A stretch of DNA of 64,000 nucleotides from a virus: positions 32,001 to 96,000 of IMG/VR virus record IMGVR_UViG_3300038696_000205. One strand, 5' to 3'. The translations under genes and the position numbers were made by a program. Numbering within the stretch: the stretch's first letter is position 1; each line of letters starts with the position of its first letter. Positions 28,647 through 37,472 of this stretch are shown here, one piece after another. The notes under the pieces are model-generated. The model was not told the origin of the DNA and did not search any database. It worked only from the letters and a program-made list of their open reading frames with translations.

Positions 28647-30335
28647 TTATTGAAAGAAATGTTTAAATTGCTGACCACCATAGCTATCTTTGGTTAAATC
28701 AATCATTTCCTCAATCGTATAGTCCTTATGCTCGACCTTAAATTTCTTAACGAAATGCTTAACACCGAATGAACATGCACCAGTTATCACCCTGTAACAC
28801 TCGATTGCTTCCTCAAAGGGAAACACGCTATCTAGCGATAAGTCCTCATAATCCTTTTTGTTTCTGTTACTTATCTTGTAGATTAAATCTTCTTTTGCAT
28901 CGTTTAATGTATCACCATGCGCCCACTTACCCTGACCATCGGTGATAAGATAAAATTCTATAGGGTTGTTTAATCTCTTAACCCTATGGACATTACCCCT
29001 TTTCTTAACCACCTCAACGAATATTCCATCGACCGATATATATTTACCATCTTGCCAAAATAACGGTTGCCCGTTTAGTTTGGTGTGATTAATATATTTA
29101 AGATTTTCTAAATATAAATTACCACCAACAATTGGGTTAAAGCTATCTGGAATCGATGTAATCTTACATAAAATTAAACGACCACCAACGATTGGATTAA
29201 ATCCTTCTGGAATCGATTTTAGACTACTTAAATCTAAAGTACCACCAACGGTGGGATTGAATCCTTTTGGAATCGATATTAGACTACTTAAATCTAAATC
29301 ACCACCAACGGTGGGATTGAATCCTTCTGGAATCGATGTAAGTTTATATAAATCTAAATCACCACCAACGGTGGGGTTGAATCCATCTGGAATAGAGATG
29401 AGATTATTTAAAAATAAATTACGACCAACGTTCGGATTAAATCCTTCTGGAATCGATGTGAGATTATTTAAAAATAAACTACCACCAACAATTGGGTTAA
29501 AGCTATCTGGAATCGATGTGGGATTATTTAAAAATAAATCACCACCAACGGTGGGGTTGAATCCATCTGGAATAGAGATGAGATTATTTAAAAATAAATT
29601 ACGACCAACGTTCGGATTAAATCCTTCTGGAATCGATGTAAGTTTATATAAATCTAAATCACCACCAACGGTGGGATTGAATCCTTCTGGAATCGATGTA
29701 AGTTTATATAAATCTAAATCACCACCAACGGTGGGGTTAAATCCTTCTGGAATTGATGTAAGCTTACTTAAATCTAAAGTAGAACCCACCGTAGGATTAA
29801 CCCCCTTTGGAATCGATGTGAGTGAATCTAAATATAAACTACCCCCGACCGTGGGGTTAAAATCCTCTTGCATTGTTGTGACTGAATCTAAATATAAACT
29901 ACCTCCAACCGTAGGGCTAAACCCCTTTGGAATCGATTTAAGCTTACTTAAATGTAAGCTTAGACCCACCGTGGGTTTGAACCCATCTGGAATTGATGTA
30001 AGCTTATTTAAATATAAAGTACCCCCGACTGTAAGGTTAAACCCTTCTTGCATTGATGTGATATTATCTAAGTATAAATCACGACCAACCTTAAGATTAA
30101 ATCCTTCTGGAATCGATGTAAGTGAACTTAAATATAAATTACCCCCAACTGTGGGGTTAAACCCTTCTGGAATCGATGTAAGTGAATCTAAGTATAAATC
30201 ACGACCGACTTTAAGGTTAAATCCCTCTGGAATCGATGTGAGATTATTTAAAAATAAATTCCCGATAATTGCATCAATACCTAAGAATTCATTTTCGGTT
30301 ATATCTGCATATTCTAATAAATTTTCTTTAGTCAT
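28647..30335 (-). CDS. Leucine-rich 20-aa repeat protein (long paralogue)
   Basis: About 19 tandem 60-bp repeats (~29100-30300) and the same C-terminal domain as 25881-26906. Confidence 0.85.
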   Translation of the reverse strand: MTKENLLEYADITENEFLGIDAIIGNLFLNNLTSIPEGFNLKVGRDLYLDSLTSIPEGFNPTVGGNLYLSSLTSIPEGFNLKVGRDLYLDNITSMQEGFNLTVGGTLYLNKLTSIPDGFKPTVGLSLHLSKLKSIPKGFSPTVGGSLYLDSVTTMQEDFNPTVGGSLYLDSLTSIPKGVNPTVGSTLDLSKLTSIPEGFNPTVGGDLDLYKLTSIPEGFNPTVGGDLDLYKLTSIPEGFNPNVGRNLFLNNLISIPDGFNPTVGGDLFLNNPTSIPDSFNPIVGGSLFLNNLTSIPEGFNPNVGRNLFLNNLISIPDGFNPTVGGDLDLYKLTSIPEGFNPTVGGDLDLSSLISIPKGFNPTVGGTLDLSSLKSIPEGFNPIVGGRLILCKITSIPDSFNPIVGGNLYLENLKYINHTKLNGQPLFWQDGKYISVDGIFVEVVKKRGNVHRVKRLNNPIEFYLITDGQGKWAHGDTLNDAKEDLIYKISNRNKKDYEDLSLDSVFPFEEAIECYRVITGACSFGVKHFVKKFKVEHKDYTIEEMIDLTKDSYGGQQFKHFFQ

Positions 30336-30403
30336 TTTAAATATTTTTATATTATCTACTCAAAGATAATTAGGGTTTAATGAACAAATTAACAAACAAA
30401 ATT

Positions 30404-31231
30404 TTATATTTCTACTCTCATTACATCACGTAGCTTACTGGCATAACCATAATTTTCATTGCTTATAGCAACCTCCAATAGATAAGCTATTAATTTTTTA
30501 GGGTATTTTTCATTAACCACTTCACGGTTATATATCATTTTAACCACAATGGCTTCATACGATTCTACACCATTTTTAACGTCCTCTAATATTTTATCTA
30601 ATTCCCCATCGGCATTATCGACTATATCGTATATTAAATCACTAAAAATATAACAATCTAAATCACCGTTTAACCTAACGGACATATCGAACGCTTCATA
30701 ACTACCACCAACTGGGTCGAATTGTTTTATACATTCACCATTTTTTATGTTATAAGTACCCACATTATAACCCAAATCTTCATCGGCATATTGAACTTCA
30801 ATTTCCACCTCTGGAAATTTAACACTAGCCTTTATAAATAACATGAACGGGGTAGACCAAGCAGTTATAAATTCATATTTTCCATTCTCCACCATAACAC
30901 ATTCAGATGCATTCCACTTAACACCCCAATTTAAAATACACCAATCATACCAATTATCAGCCCCAAATCTAACAATAAGGTCTTTACTCATTTTTTTGGT
31001 AATACCTCTGGACATAAAAGGGTTCTTGGGGTTATCCAATGATTCTTGTTCATCATATTTCTTTTGTGATATAATGGTGGTCGGTGCCGATGTACCCTTT
31101 AGTTCATCGGGTAATTCAATTATCTTATTAAAGTCGATAACCCTTTCCTCACTTTGGATGGATTCAACCACTTCTTTAATTTTTTCGTCAGAACCTTTTA
31201 AGGTTAAAATATTCGTAATGTAATTTGGCAT
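30404..31231 (-). CDS. DUF1281/YubB-type ferredoxin-like domain protein
   Basis: MPNYITN start, WYDWCILNWGVKWNA and FITAWSTP; C-terminal UVR-like AISNENYGYASKLRD. Confidence 0.7.
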   Translation of the reverse strand: MPNYITNILTLKGSDEKIKEVVESIQSEERVIDFNKIIELPDELKGTSAPTTIISQKKYDEQESLDNPKNPFMSRGITKKMSKDLIVRFGADNWYDWCILNWGVKWNASECVMVENGKYEFITAWSTPFMLFIKASVKFPEVEIEVQYADEDLGYNVGTYNIKNGECIKQFDPVGGSYEAFDMSVRLNGDLDCYIFSDLIYDIVDNADGELDKILEDVKNGVESYEAIVVKMIYNREVVNEKYPKKLIAYLLEVAISNENYGYASKLRDVMRVEI

Positions 31232-31283
31232 AATATTTACTTTAATATGTTTATACAAAGATACAAAAAGTTATTCTAATTGT

Positions 31284-31955
31284 CTAATCTTTTTCCTTAA
31301 ATTTTTTATCTAATTTATTCTTGACTTCTTCCCAAGTGTAAAACCACTTCATCTTACCCTGTGCTATACCCACCAATAGCTTGAATAACTCTTCTCCGTG
31401 CATTACATCGTGCTTATCACTATGTATGAACTTGCCATCCACTATTTCATCAATACCCACTTTAAAGTCCTTAAAATAGCTATAGTACGTATATTTGAAA
31501 GGAATCTCTAGGTAAAATCTTAACCTCCATAATTTACCCAATGGTTTTAGGTCTTGATATCTTACACCTTTATTATCACTTAAATAGTTATTTTTAAATA
31601 ATAACTTCTTATCGTCTAGCTTTGGGGTGTAATCACTATTTAATTTCACCCATATTTTACTTTTACCATCGGTATAGAAATTTGATATTAAATCTTTTGG
31701 AATGTACGTCATATTAAGTTCGGGGTCAGTAGATGCTATAACCTTACCTAAATTTTTAACAGTACCTAATGTACTATTAGCGAACGATACATCGAATTTA
31801 TCCTCTATTAAATGAATACTAGATGATTCGCCATTAACGATATAGTCACCGATTTTTACGGCACGTTTTATAACAATATACAAATCATGTCTATCCACGG
31901 TATGATTTTGTATTCGATTTGTTCTTATTCTAACTATTCTAGCTTTTTTATACAT
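31284..31955 (-). CDS. Hypothetical protein
   Basis: ORF of 223 aa. Confidence 0.6.
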   Translation of the reverse strand: MYKKARIVRIRTNRIQNHTVDRHDLYIVIKRAVKIGDYIVNGESSSIHLIEDKFDVSFANSTLGTVKNLGKVIASTDPELNMTYIPKDLISNFYTDGKSKIWVKLNSDYTPKLDDKKLLFKNNYLSDNKGVRYQDLKPLGKLWRLRFYLEIPFKYTYYSYFKDFKVGIDEIVDGKFIHSDKHDVMHGEELFKLLVGIAQGKMKWFYTWEEVKNKLDKKFKEKD

Positions 31956-31964
31956 TTTTTATTT

Positions 31965-32312
31965 TTAGATTGTACCAAGATAGCTATGTGGTAATGAACC
32001 ATACTCCTCTACATAGCCTTTGGCTCTATCTTCGGACGTACCCTCGGAAATATATTGTTTAATAACTTCTACTTTAAACCCGTCCAACATTTGTTTTGCA
32101 ACTTTATGGCTTGTCTCGTTTCTAGCATCGGTTGTGTATTCCTCACTAGCAACCCTCTCTATCAACTTAAATATTAATCTTAGACCAGATTGTTGTAATG
32201 TTCTATGTTCACGGCAGAAAGCATCTATGAACTCCGTATGGTTATCTTGGTTATAACCGTTTACAAAGTTTGTTAATTCGTTGGCTAATTCTTTCCCAGT
32301 TAATTTTGACAT
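31965..32312 (-). CDS. Hypothetical phage protein
   Basis: HRTLQQS and DARNE motifs. Confidence 0.65.
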   Translation of the reverse strand: MSKLTGKELANELTNFVNGYNQDNHTEFIDAFCREHRTLQQSGLRLIFKLIERVASEEYTTDARNETSHKVAKQMLDGFKVEVIKQYISEGTSEDRAKGYVEEYGSLPHSYLGTI

Positions 32313-32371
32313 GATGTTTATATTTAATATTAGTTTAGCAAATATAGTTAAATTAATCTAAGATACCAAAT

Positions 32372-32638
32372 TTAATTCAAGAAAAATGGTGCGTACTCGT
32401 AATTTAAGATTATTTTATTCTCATGGATTTCCATGACTCTGTTGACCACCGAGATATTATGTTCGACAACCTCTATTGTATCATTACATTTTTCAATCAT
32501 AGAGTAAATACCCTTTACCATTGAATCATCTTTGATAAACCTTTGTAGGCTCAATAATCTTTCCAACTCTATTGATATTGCGATTAACTCACTATAATTA
32601 TCAATTTGTTTAATAACTTTAAATTCAAGACGTAGCAT
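32372..32638 (-). CDS. Hypothetical protein
   Basis: ORF of 88 aa. Confidence 0.5.
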   Translation of the reverse strand: MLRLEFKVIKQIDNYSELIAISIELERLLSLQRFIKDDSMVKGIYSMIEKCNDTIEVVEHNISVVNRVMEIHENKIILNYEYAPFFLN

Positions 32639-32678
32639 AATTTATATATTTTATTTGTTCATAGCAAAGATACAACCA

Positions 32679-33999
32679 GTGAACTACCCACCCACGCCAG
32701 AGGCGATGGGATGGGCTTCGGGTTTCATAGAGTGTGCGTTATTACTAACGTCTAATTTCCTCTCCACCTTTGTAATCGCCAGTTCCTGACGATATATTTT
32801 TAATCCTTCATTTAAAATGTTCTTTGCAGCGTTTAAATCACGGTCTAATTTATGACCATTCTTGCAAGTCCATTCTCTAATTGAAAGATTTAAGTCTTGG
32901 TTTATCCAACCACATTCACAACACGTTTTCGATGATGGATACCAGCGATTGATTTTAACGACTTCTTTGTCATTCCAATCTGCTTTGTATTCAAGTAACC
33001 GAACAAATGTTCCCCAACTTGCATCTGATATGTGTTTGGCAAGTTTATGGTTCTTTACCATACCTTTAACATCCAAATCTTCTAATGCGATTATATCATA
33101 ATCAGATACTAATTGGTGAGATACTTTATGCAAGTTATCCATTCGTGAATTGGTTATCTTCTCGTGAATAAGTGCAGTTTTTCGTCTTTGTTTTTCAAAC
33201 GAACCACTACCTTTTGTTTTACGAGAAAGATGTTTTTGTGCTTTCGCTAACTTTCTTTCATATTGCTTCGTGTATTTATTATTCTTAAATTTTATTCCAT
33301 CTGATGTAATTGCAAAATCCTTTAAACCCAAATCAATTCCGCAAACTTTGCCAGTTTTTTCTTTTGGAATATATTGTTCCTCTGAAAGAATACTTACAAA
33401 GTATTTTCCAGTTGGAGTTTTGGAAAACGTGCATTTACCAATTTCACCTTTTACTTCACGATGAACATTTATTTTAATCCCTTCCTTAAATTTTGGTATG
33501 TAAAGTGTTTTATTTTCCAGTTTTGCAAATTGTGGAACAGTAAAAGTATTTTTCTTTTTTCTTGACTTAAATCTCGGAAACTTCGCTGTACCACGAAAGA
33601 AGTTCACATAGGCAGTATCCAAACATCTTAAAGAGAACTGTAATGATTGACTATTCACTTCTTTAAGCCAAATAGTTTCTTCTTTTTTCTTTAATCCAGT
33701 TAAAGTTGCCGCTTGTTTGTAATAATTATCAGACTTCTTATCTACTTGATATTGTTCTTTACGCTCATTTAAAAAGTGATTATAGACGAAACGGATACAA
33801 CCGAAATGCTTATCCAATAGCGTTTTCTGCTCTTGGTTAGGCTGTAATTCAAATTGATATGTCCGAAATATTGTTTTCACTCTATTATTAAATAGTCTAG
33901 TATTTTGTAAATATATTTTAAGTCAATGGTAATTTAACTACATTTGTCGCTTACATCCCATCCACGCAAAAGCGATGAATGGGTTTTACGCTCCGTTTT
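32679..33999 (-). mobile_element. IS200/IS605-family non-autonomous element (TnpB only)
   Basis: Left end follows TTTAT (34000-34004); related subterminal hairpins at both ends (AACCCATTCATCGC...GTGGATGGG and AGCCCATCCCATCGC...GTGGGTGGG); right end ...GTTCAC at 32679; no tnpA. Confidence 0.8.
32684..33880 (-). CDS. tnpB: RNA-guided endonuclease TnpB
   Basis: N-terminal HTH (HFGCIRFVYN), RuvC residues GIDLG, LEDL and DRDLNAA, and Zn ribbon CCECG; 398 aa. Confidence 0.95.
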   Translation of the reverse strand: MKTIFRTYQFELQPNQEQKTLLDKHFGCIRFVYNHFLNERKEQYQVDKKSDNYYKQAATLTGLKKKEETIWLKEVNSQSLQFSLRCLDTAYVNFFRGTAKFPRFKSRKKKNTFTVPQFAKLENKTLYIPKFKEGIKINVHREVKGEIGKCTFSKTPTGKYFVSILSEEQYIPKEKTGKVCGIDLGLKDFAITSDGIKFKNNKYTKQYERKLAKAQKHLSRKTKGSGSFEKQRRKTALIHEKITNSRMDNLHKVSHQLVSDYDIIALEDLDVKGMVKNHKLAKHISDASWGTFVRLLEYKADWNDKEVVKINRWYPSSKTCCECGWINQDLNLSIREWTCKNGHKLDRDLNAAKNILNEGLKIYRQELAITKVERKLDVSNNAHSMKPEAHPIASGVGG

Positions 34000-34062
34000 A
34001 TAAAATTCACCCTGAAAGCTTACATAAATACTTACACCCTTATAATCTTTTACTAAACTCAT
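34000..34062 (-). pseudogene. 5' stub of an ORF cut exactly at the IS left end
   Basis: MSLVKDYKGVSIYVSFQGEFY (21 codons) behind a TATATTTG promoter; the last codons contain the TTTAT motif. Confidence 0.5.
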
Positions 34063-34231
34063 ATCTATTATTTTTAATTAGTACAATACAAATATAGTGA
34101 TTTATTTCCGAATAAAAAAACATTTTAATAATATTTTTTTAAACCGAATATTTGTTGTAATTTTGCAATAATGAAAAGGGCCACCCGAATTGAGTGACCC
34201 TAATTAATATAAATGTAAATATATGGTAAAT

Positions 34232-34582
34232 TTATGCTAAACCAACAATACCCCTGATAGTCGCTGCGTCCTTGTCATCGAATTGGTATAAGCCACCTTC
34301 CGAGTTCTTATCTTGGTGGACTTTTTTACCGAATAATGACCTGTTCACGCCAGCCTCGTCATCTTCAATACCCATTGACTTCATTACACCTACGTGCGAT
34401 GGAGCTGTCGGGTTCTTGTCTTTATTCAAGGCGTTCTGAATATCACTATAATCCTTCTTAGTGGTAGATTCAACTTTCTTATCACCCCTGGCGTTACCCT
34501 TTGAGTTTGGGTCAGGCTTAGATTCAGGCTTCTCCCTAAGTAGGGATTCTCTGACCATTTGTTTAATTTTATTTTTATCCAT
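34232..34582 (-). CDS. Hypothetical protein (putative late class)
   Basis: MDKNKIKQMVRESLLRE N-terminus; ATATTTATA at 34599-34607; terminator at 34174-34201. Confidence 0.7.
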   Translation of the reverse strand: MDKNKIKQMVRESLLREKPESKPDPNSKGNARGDKKVESTTKKDYSDIQNALNKDKNPTAPSHVGVMKSMGIEDDEAGVNRSLFGKKVHQDKNSEGGLYQFDDKDAATIRGIVGLA

Positions 34583-34756
34583 TGTAGTTAACTTTAATTA
34601 TAAATATGCGAGATTACCTTAAAATCACACTTACATGTACACAAATGTGTACACTGACACACATAAATGCTGGATGAATGTATCACACTATTCATCCAGC
34701 ATTTCTATTACTATTTTTTTGGTTGACTCATCCATATTTGCTTCCCACCATTTACC

Positions 34757-35029
34757 CTATAAATTTAGGGTTAACCCAGTCTTTTCATATACGGAATATT
34801 TAATATCCACTAACTTGTTCTCAAATTTAACTATCTCTGGTTTAAACCAGCTATCCCATATTTCATCGATAACATCATCTTCCATAACGAATATTGTCTT
34901 GATATCAACAAATATATGTTGTAAATACTCGTCATCACCACTTATCTTATTGCGTAGTTTGTAACTGGTGTAGGTATCCAAACTTAATTGATACGAGAAC
35001 ATTAAATAATTTTTAATTACTTCTTCCAT
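34757..35029 (-). CDS. Hypothetical protein, frame continues 22 codons past its TAG
   Basis: ...GLTLNL*GKWWEANMDESTKKIVIEMLDE*. Confidence 0.55.
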   Translation of the reverse strand: MEEVIKNYLMFSYQLSLDTYTSYKLRNKISGDDEYLQHIFVDIKTIFVMEDDVIDEIWDSWFKPEIVKFENKLVDIKYSVYEKTGLTLNL

Positions 35030-35090
35030 CTTTGTTAATTATTAACATGTACACAAATGCGTACATAATCACACATTATATCTTATGTCG

Positions 35091-35419
35091 TTAACACCTA
35101 TATAACTCATCACCAGTATTCTTTGGTGGGGTTTCTCTAACAGCTTTCGCCTCTTCTGCCAATATTTTTAATTGCTCCCCTATTGGTTTTGAACCAAAAT
35201 CAAGCTCATCCATTTCTAATTGTTCCTCATCCTTTTCTTTGAAATTATGAATGTCATTCATTAGGCCCTGTACCTCTTCATCTTCTGAATAAGATGGGTC
35301 TATCTCATGTAAAAATACTAAAGCCAGATGGTTTTTAACCATCTGGGTTTGTTTAGCGTTAAGTTCTTTAGGTTCACCAAGTTCAAAAAATCCATTAATC
35401 CAAAATCCCTACTAGTCAT
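35091..35419 (-). CDS. Hypothetical phage protein (MTSRDF...NGFFEL...KNHLALVFLHEID); 5' end frameshifted
   Basis: ATG at 35419 is 1 nt out of frame with ORF 35091-35342; an intact MTSRDFAYW copy lies upstream of the endonuclease gene at 36264. Confidence 0.6.
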
Positions 35420-35435
35420 AATTTTTTATTTTTAT

Positions 35436-36236
35436 TTAATTTTTATATTTCCACTGATATCCACCAGCAGTTTTGCTTCTATTTGTTAAACAATTACTAA
35501 TATTAGTAATCCTAACCCCAGTCTTATTGTACGCACATGTTAAACTATCATATTCACATAATAATTTACCGCATTTAGTAAATTGTAATACACTTTTTTC
35601 GCTATGCTTTGTTTTCTCATGTTTACTAACTTTAATATCTTCATAAGCCCACATAAAACCATTTGAAGTTGTATTAGATTTTTTACACGCCCTAGTAATA
35701 TTACTATGGTTAAGGCCCAATTCATTAGCAGCGTCAACCGCTGAGGCCCATTTTTTAATAAAATTACCATTTAAATCATATTGTAACACACATTTTTTAA
35801 TTGAGTCAAAATACTTCCTAACACCCTTTTTTCGATTAGCATTACCTTTTGGTGTGTGTTTAACTGAAACACCAAGCCTAGATTTTCTATTATTGACTCT
35901 ATGCTCGTCTGTCCAAGGTTTACCCAATCTACCATATGTTGCACAACCTTCACCCCCATCTAATGTGTTGGTTAGATTATAAATTTTACGATATTCTTTA
36001 ATCCAATAACGCTCACGCTCTTGCCAGTTATCCTCGGTACATTCTTCAATCTTTTCTATTAAGGGTCTAAGCCCCCGTTTGACTAAAGATTGTACCCAAC
36101 ACGCTGTATGGTACTTATTATTTTTACTCCTTGTAATATGCGCTTGTAATCTACGAGCTATATTTGTTGTTTTACCTACATAACGTATTTCATTAGTTAT
36201 AGGGTCAATTAATTTATATATGTATATTTTCTTCAT
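35436..36236 (-). CDS. GIY-YIG homing endonuclease with NUMOD1 DNA-binding repeats
   Basis: YIYKL...RYVGKT...RLQAH...ERE catalytic domain; two VLQ(Y/F)xxxG...S...A NUMOD1 motifs. Confidence 0.9.
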   Translation of the reverse strand: MKKIYIYKLIDPITNEIRYVGKTTNIARRLQAHITRSKNNKYHTACWVQSLVKRGLRPLIEKIEECTEDNWQERERYWIKEYRKIYNLTNTLDGGEGCATYGRLGKPWTDEHRVNNRKSRLGVSVKHTPKGNANRKKGVRKYFDSIKKCVLQYDLNGNFIKKWASAVDAANELGLNHSNITRACKKSNTTSNGFMWAYEDIKVSKHEKTKHSEKSVLQFTKCGKLLCEYDSLTCAYNKTGVRITNISNCLTNRSKTAGGYQWKYKN

Positions 36237-36274
36237 GCCAATATGCAAAATCTCTACTAGTCATTTTTTTATTT

Positions 36275-37150
36275 TTAAAAAGTTAATTCATTAAAATCAT
36301 ATCCATTAGCCGTTTCATTTAGCTTTAAAAGGGTTGCATCTTTAATTTGCCTAACCCTCTCACGGCTTAGGTTGAATATATCACCAATCTCCAATAGGTT
36401 CATTCTATAGTGATAACCGATACCATAATACATTCTTAACATGGTAGCACTATTCTTATCCAATGTACCTAATAGTTGGTCCAACCTCTTGTAACTTTCA
36501 CCATTGGTGAGGTTAAAATCATTATCCTCGAACTCGGATGATTCCATAAGTTCTACCATAGTAGAACCATCTTCATTTATAGGGGTGTCGATTGATTGTG
36601 CGTGTCCATTGGAGACCTCGATTAGTGTAATGAGTTCCTTATCGGTTATACTATTACTACCATCAGTGCCCAATACATCGTACATGGATATAGGTCTGGA
36701 TAACGTCTGTTCCATTTCAGATACGACTTTCCTAAGACTATTCAGGTCGTTCAACTTATTGTTCGGAACCCTAACTTGTCTTTCGTTGATATAAAGATAT
36801 TTTAATATATCCTTTCTTATATACCACACGGCATAAGTGATGAATTTAGTACCCTGTGAAGGGTCGAATTTAGTTGCGGCTTCCATTAGACCGATGTTAC
36901 CCTCGTTGACTAAATCTTCAAGCGTTACGTTGGGTTTAATGTACTGTTTGGCAACACTGATAACAAACCTTAGGTTGCGCATAACTAATTCATCCTGGGC
37001 ATCCAAATCACCGTTTATGGCCCTATGTGCACACTCGGCTTCAACCTCAGGTGATTCGAATAGGTCAATATTGGATACATCCCTTAAATACTTCTTAAAG
37101 GATTCGGTTTCTCTAGTTGTAATCACTTCACTTATTTTAAGTCCTCTCAT
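36275..37150 (-). CDS. Sigma-70 primary (RpoD/SigA-like) sigma factor, Bacteroidota type
   Basis: NLRFVISVAKQY, DLVNEGNIGL, KFITYAVWYIR and LSRERVRQIK; N-terminus resembles Bacteroidota sigma-A (MRxLKI..IT.RE..S..KYL). Confidence 0.9.
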   Translation of the reverse strand: MRGLKISEVITTRETESFKKYLRDVSNIDLFESPEVEAECAHRAINGDLDAQDELVMRNLRFVISVAKQYIKPNVTLEDLVNEGNIGLMEAATKFDPSQGTKFITYAVWYIRKDILKYLYINERQVRVPNNKLNDLNSLRKVVSEMEQTLSRPISMYDVLGTDGSNSITDKELITLIEVSNGHAQSIDTPINEDGSTMVELMESSEFEDNDFNLTNGESYKRLDQLLGTLDKNSATMLRMYYGIGYHYRMNLLEIGDIFNLSRERVRQIKDATLLKLNETANGYDFNELTF

Positions 37151-37162
37151 ATTCTTTTGGGT

Positions 37163-37471
37163 TTATCTTAATAGGTTAAAAATTTTCTCTGCTTGTGTTT
37201 TTGAATCGATGTATTCATGAATCCAACCGTTTAATTCCCTTAAACCTTTGCTGGTCATTTTGTCCAGCTCAACTCTAAGTTTATCAAAATCATCACACTT
37301 AAACTCAACAACTTTTTGGTCATTCTTCATATACGCATTAGGCTGAATGTGTTGTCTAATGATAGATTCAGCGTGAGTAGTCAATAAATATATTATTTGT
37401 TTATTGGAATCATTTATTTCTTTAAGTAATTCGATTTGCGTTTTTAGACTCCTAATTTCTATATCTGTCAT
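37163..37471 (-). CDS. Hypothetical protein
   Basis: ORF of 102 aa. Confidence 0.55.
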   Translation of the reverse strand: MTDIEIRSLKTQIELLKEINDSNKQIIYLLTTHAESIIRQHIQPNAYMKNDQKVVEFKCDDFDKLRVELDKMTSKGLRELNGWIHEYIDSKTQAEKIFNLLR

Positions 37472-37472
37472 A

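Larger units (their letters stand above)
2600..32680 (-). promoter_or_regulatory. About 40 Bacteroidota sigma-A-type promoters (-33 TTTG, ~20 nt, -7 TAnnTTTG), mostly on the minus strand
   Basis: Read on the plus strand as CAAAGATA(C)...CTACCAAA, e.g. near 4585, 5748, 7760, 8411, 9727, 11525, 12865, 13285, 13740, 14287, 15376, 16288, 17044, 24412, 25847, 28614, 31256 and 32665. Matches the established Bacteroidota housekeeping promoter consensus. Confidence 0.9.
3546..35066. repeat. Dispersed 20-bp palindrome ATGTACACAWWTG(T/C)GTA(C/T)A(T/C), six copies
   Basis: Copies at 3546, 7724, 18939, 19383, 34635 and 35047, all in likely non-coding or untranslated positions. Confidence 0.75.

Noticed and set aside
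25881-30335. Diversity-generating retroelement template/variable repeat pair
   Set aside because: No reverse transcriptase in the window, and the differences are not restricted to adenines.
29251-30369. 372-aa plus-strand ORF
   Set aside because: Antisense shadow of the 60-bp repeat gene.
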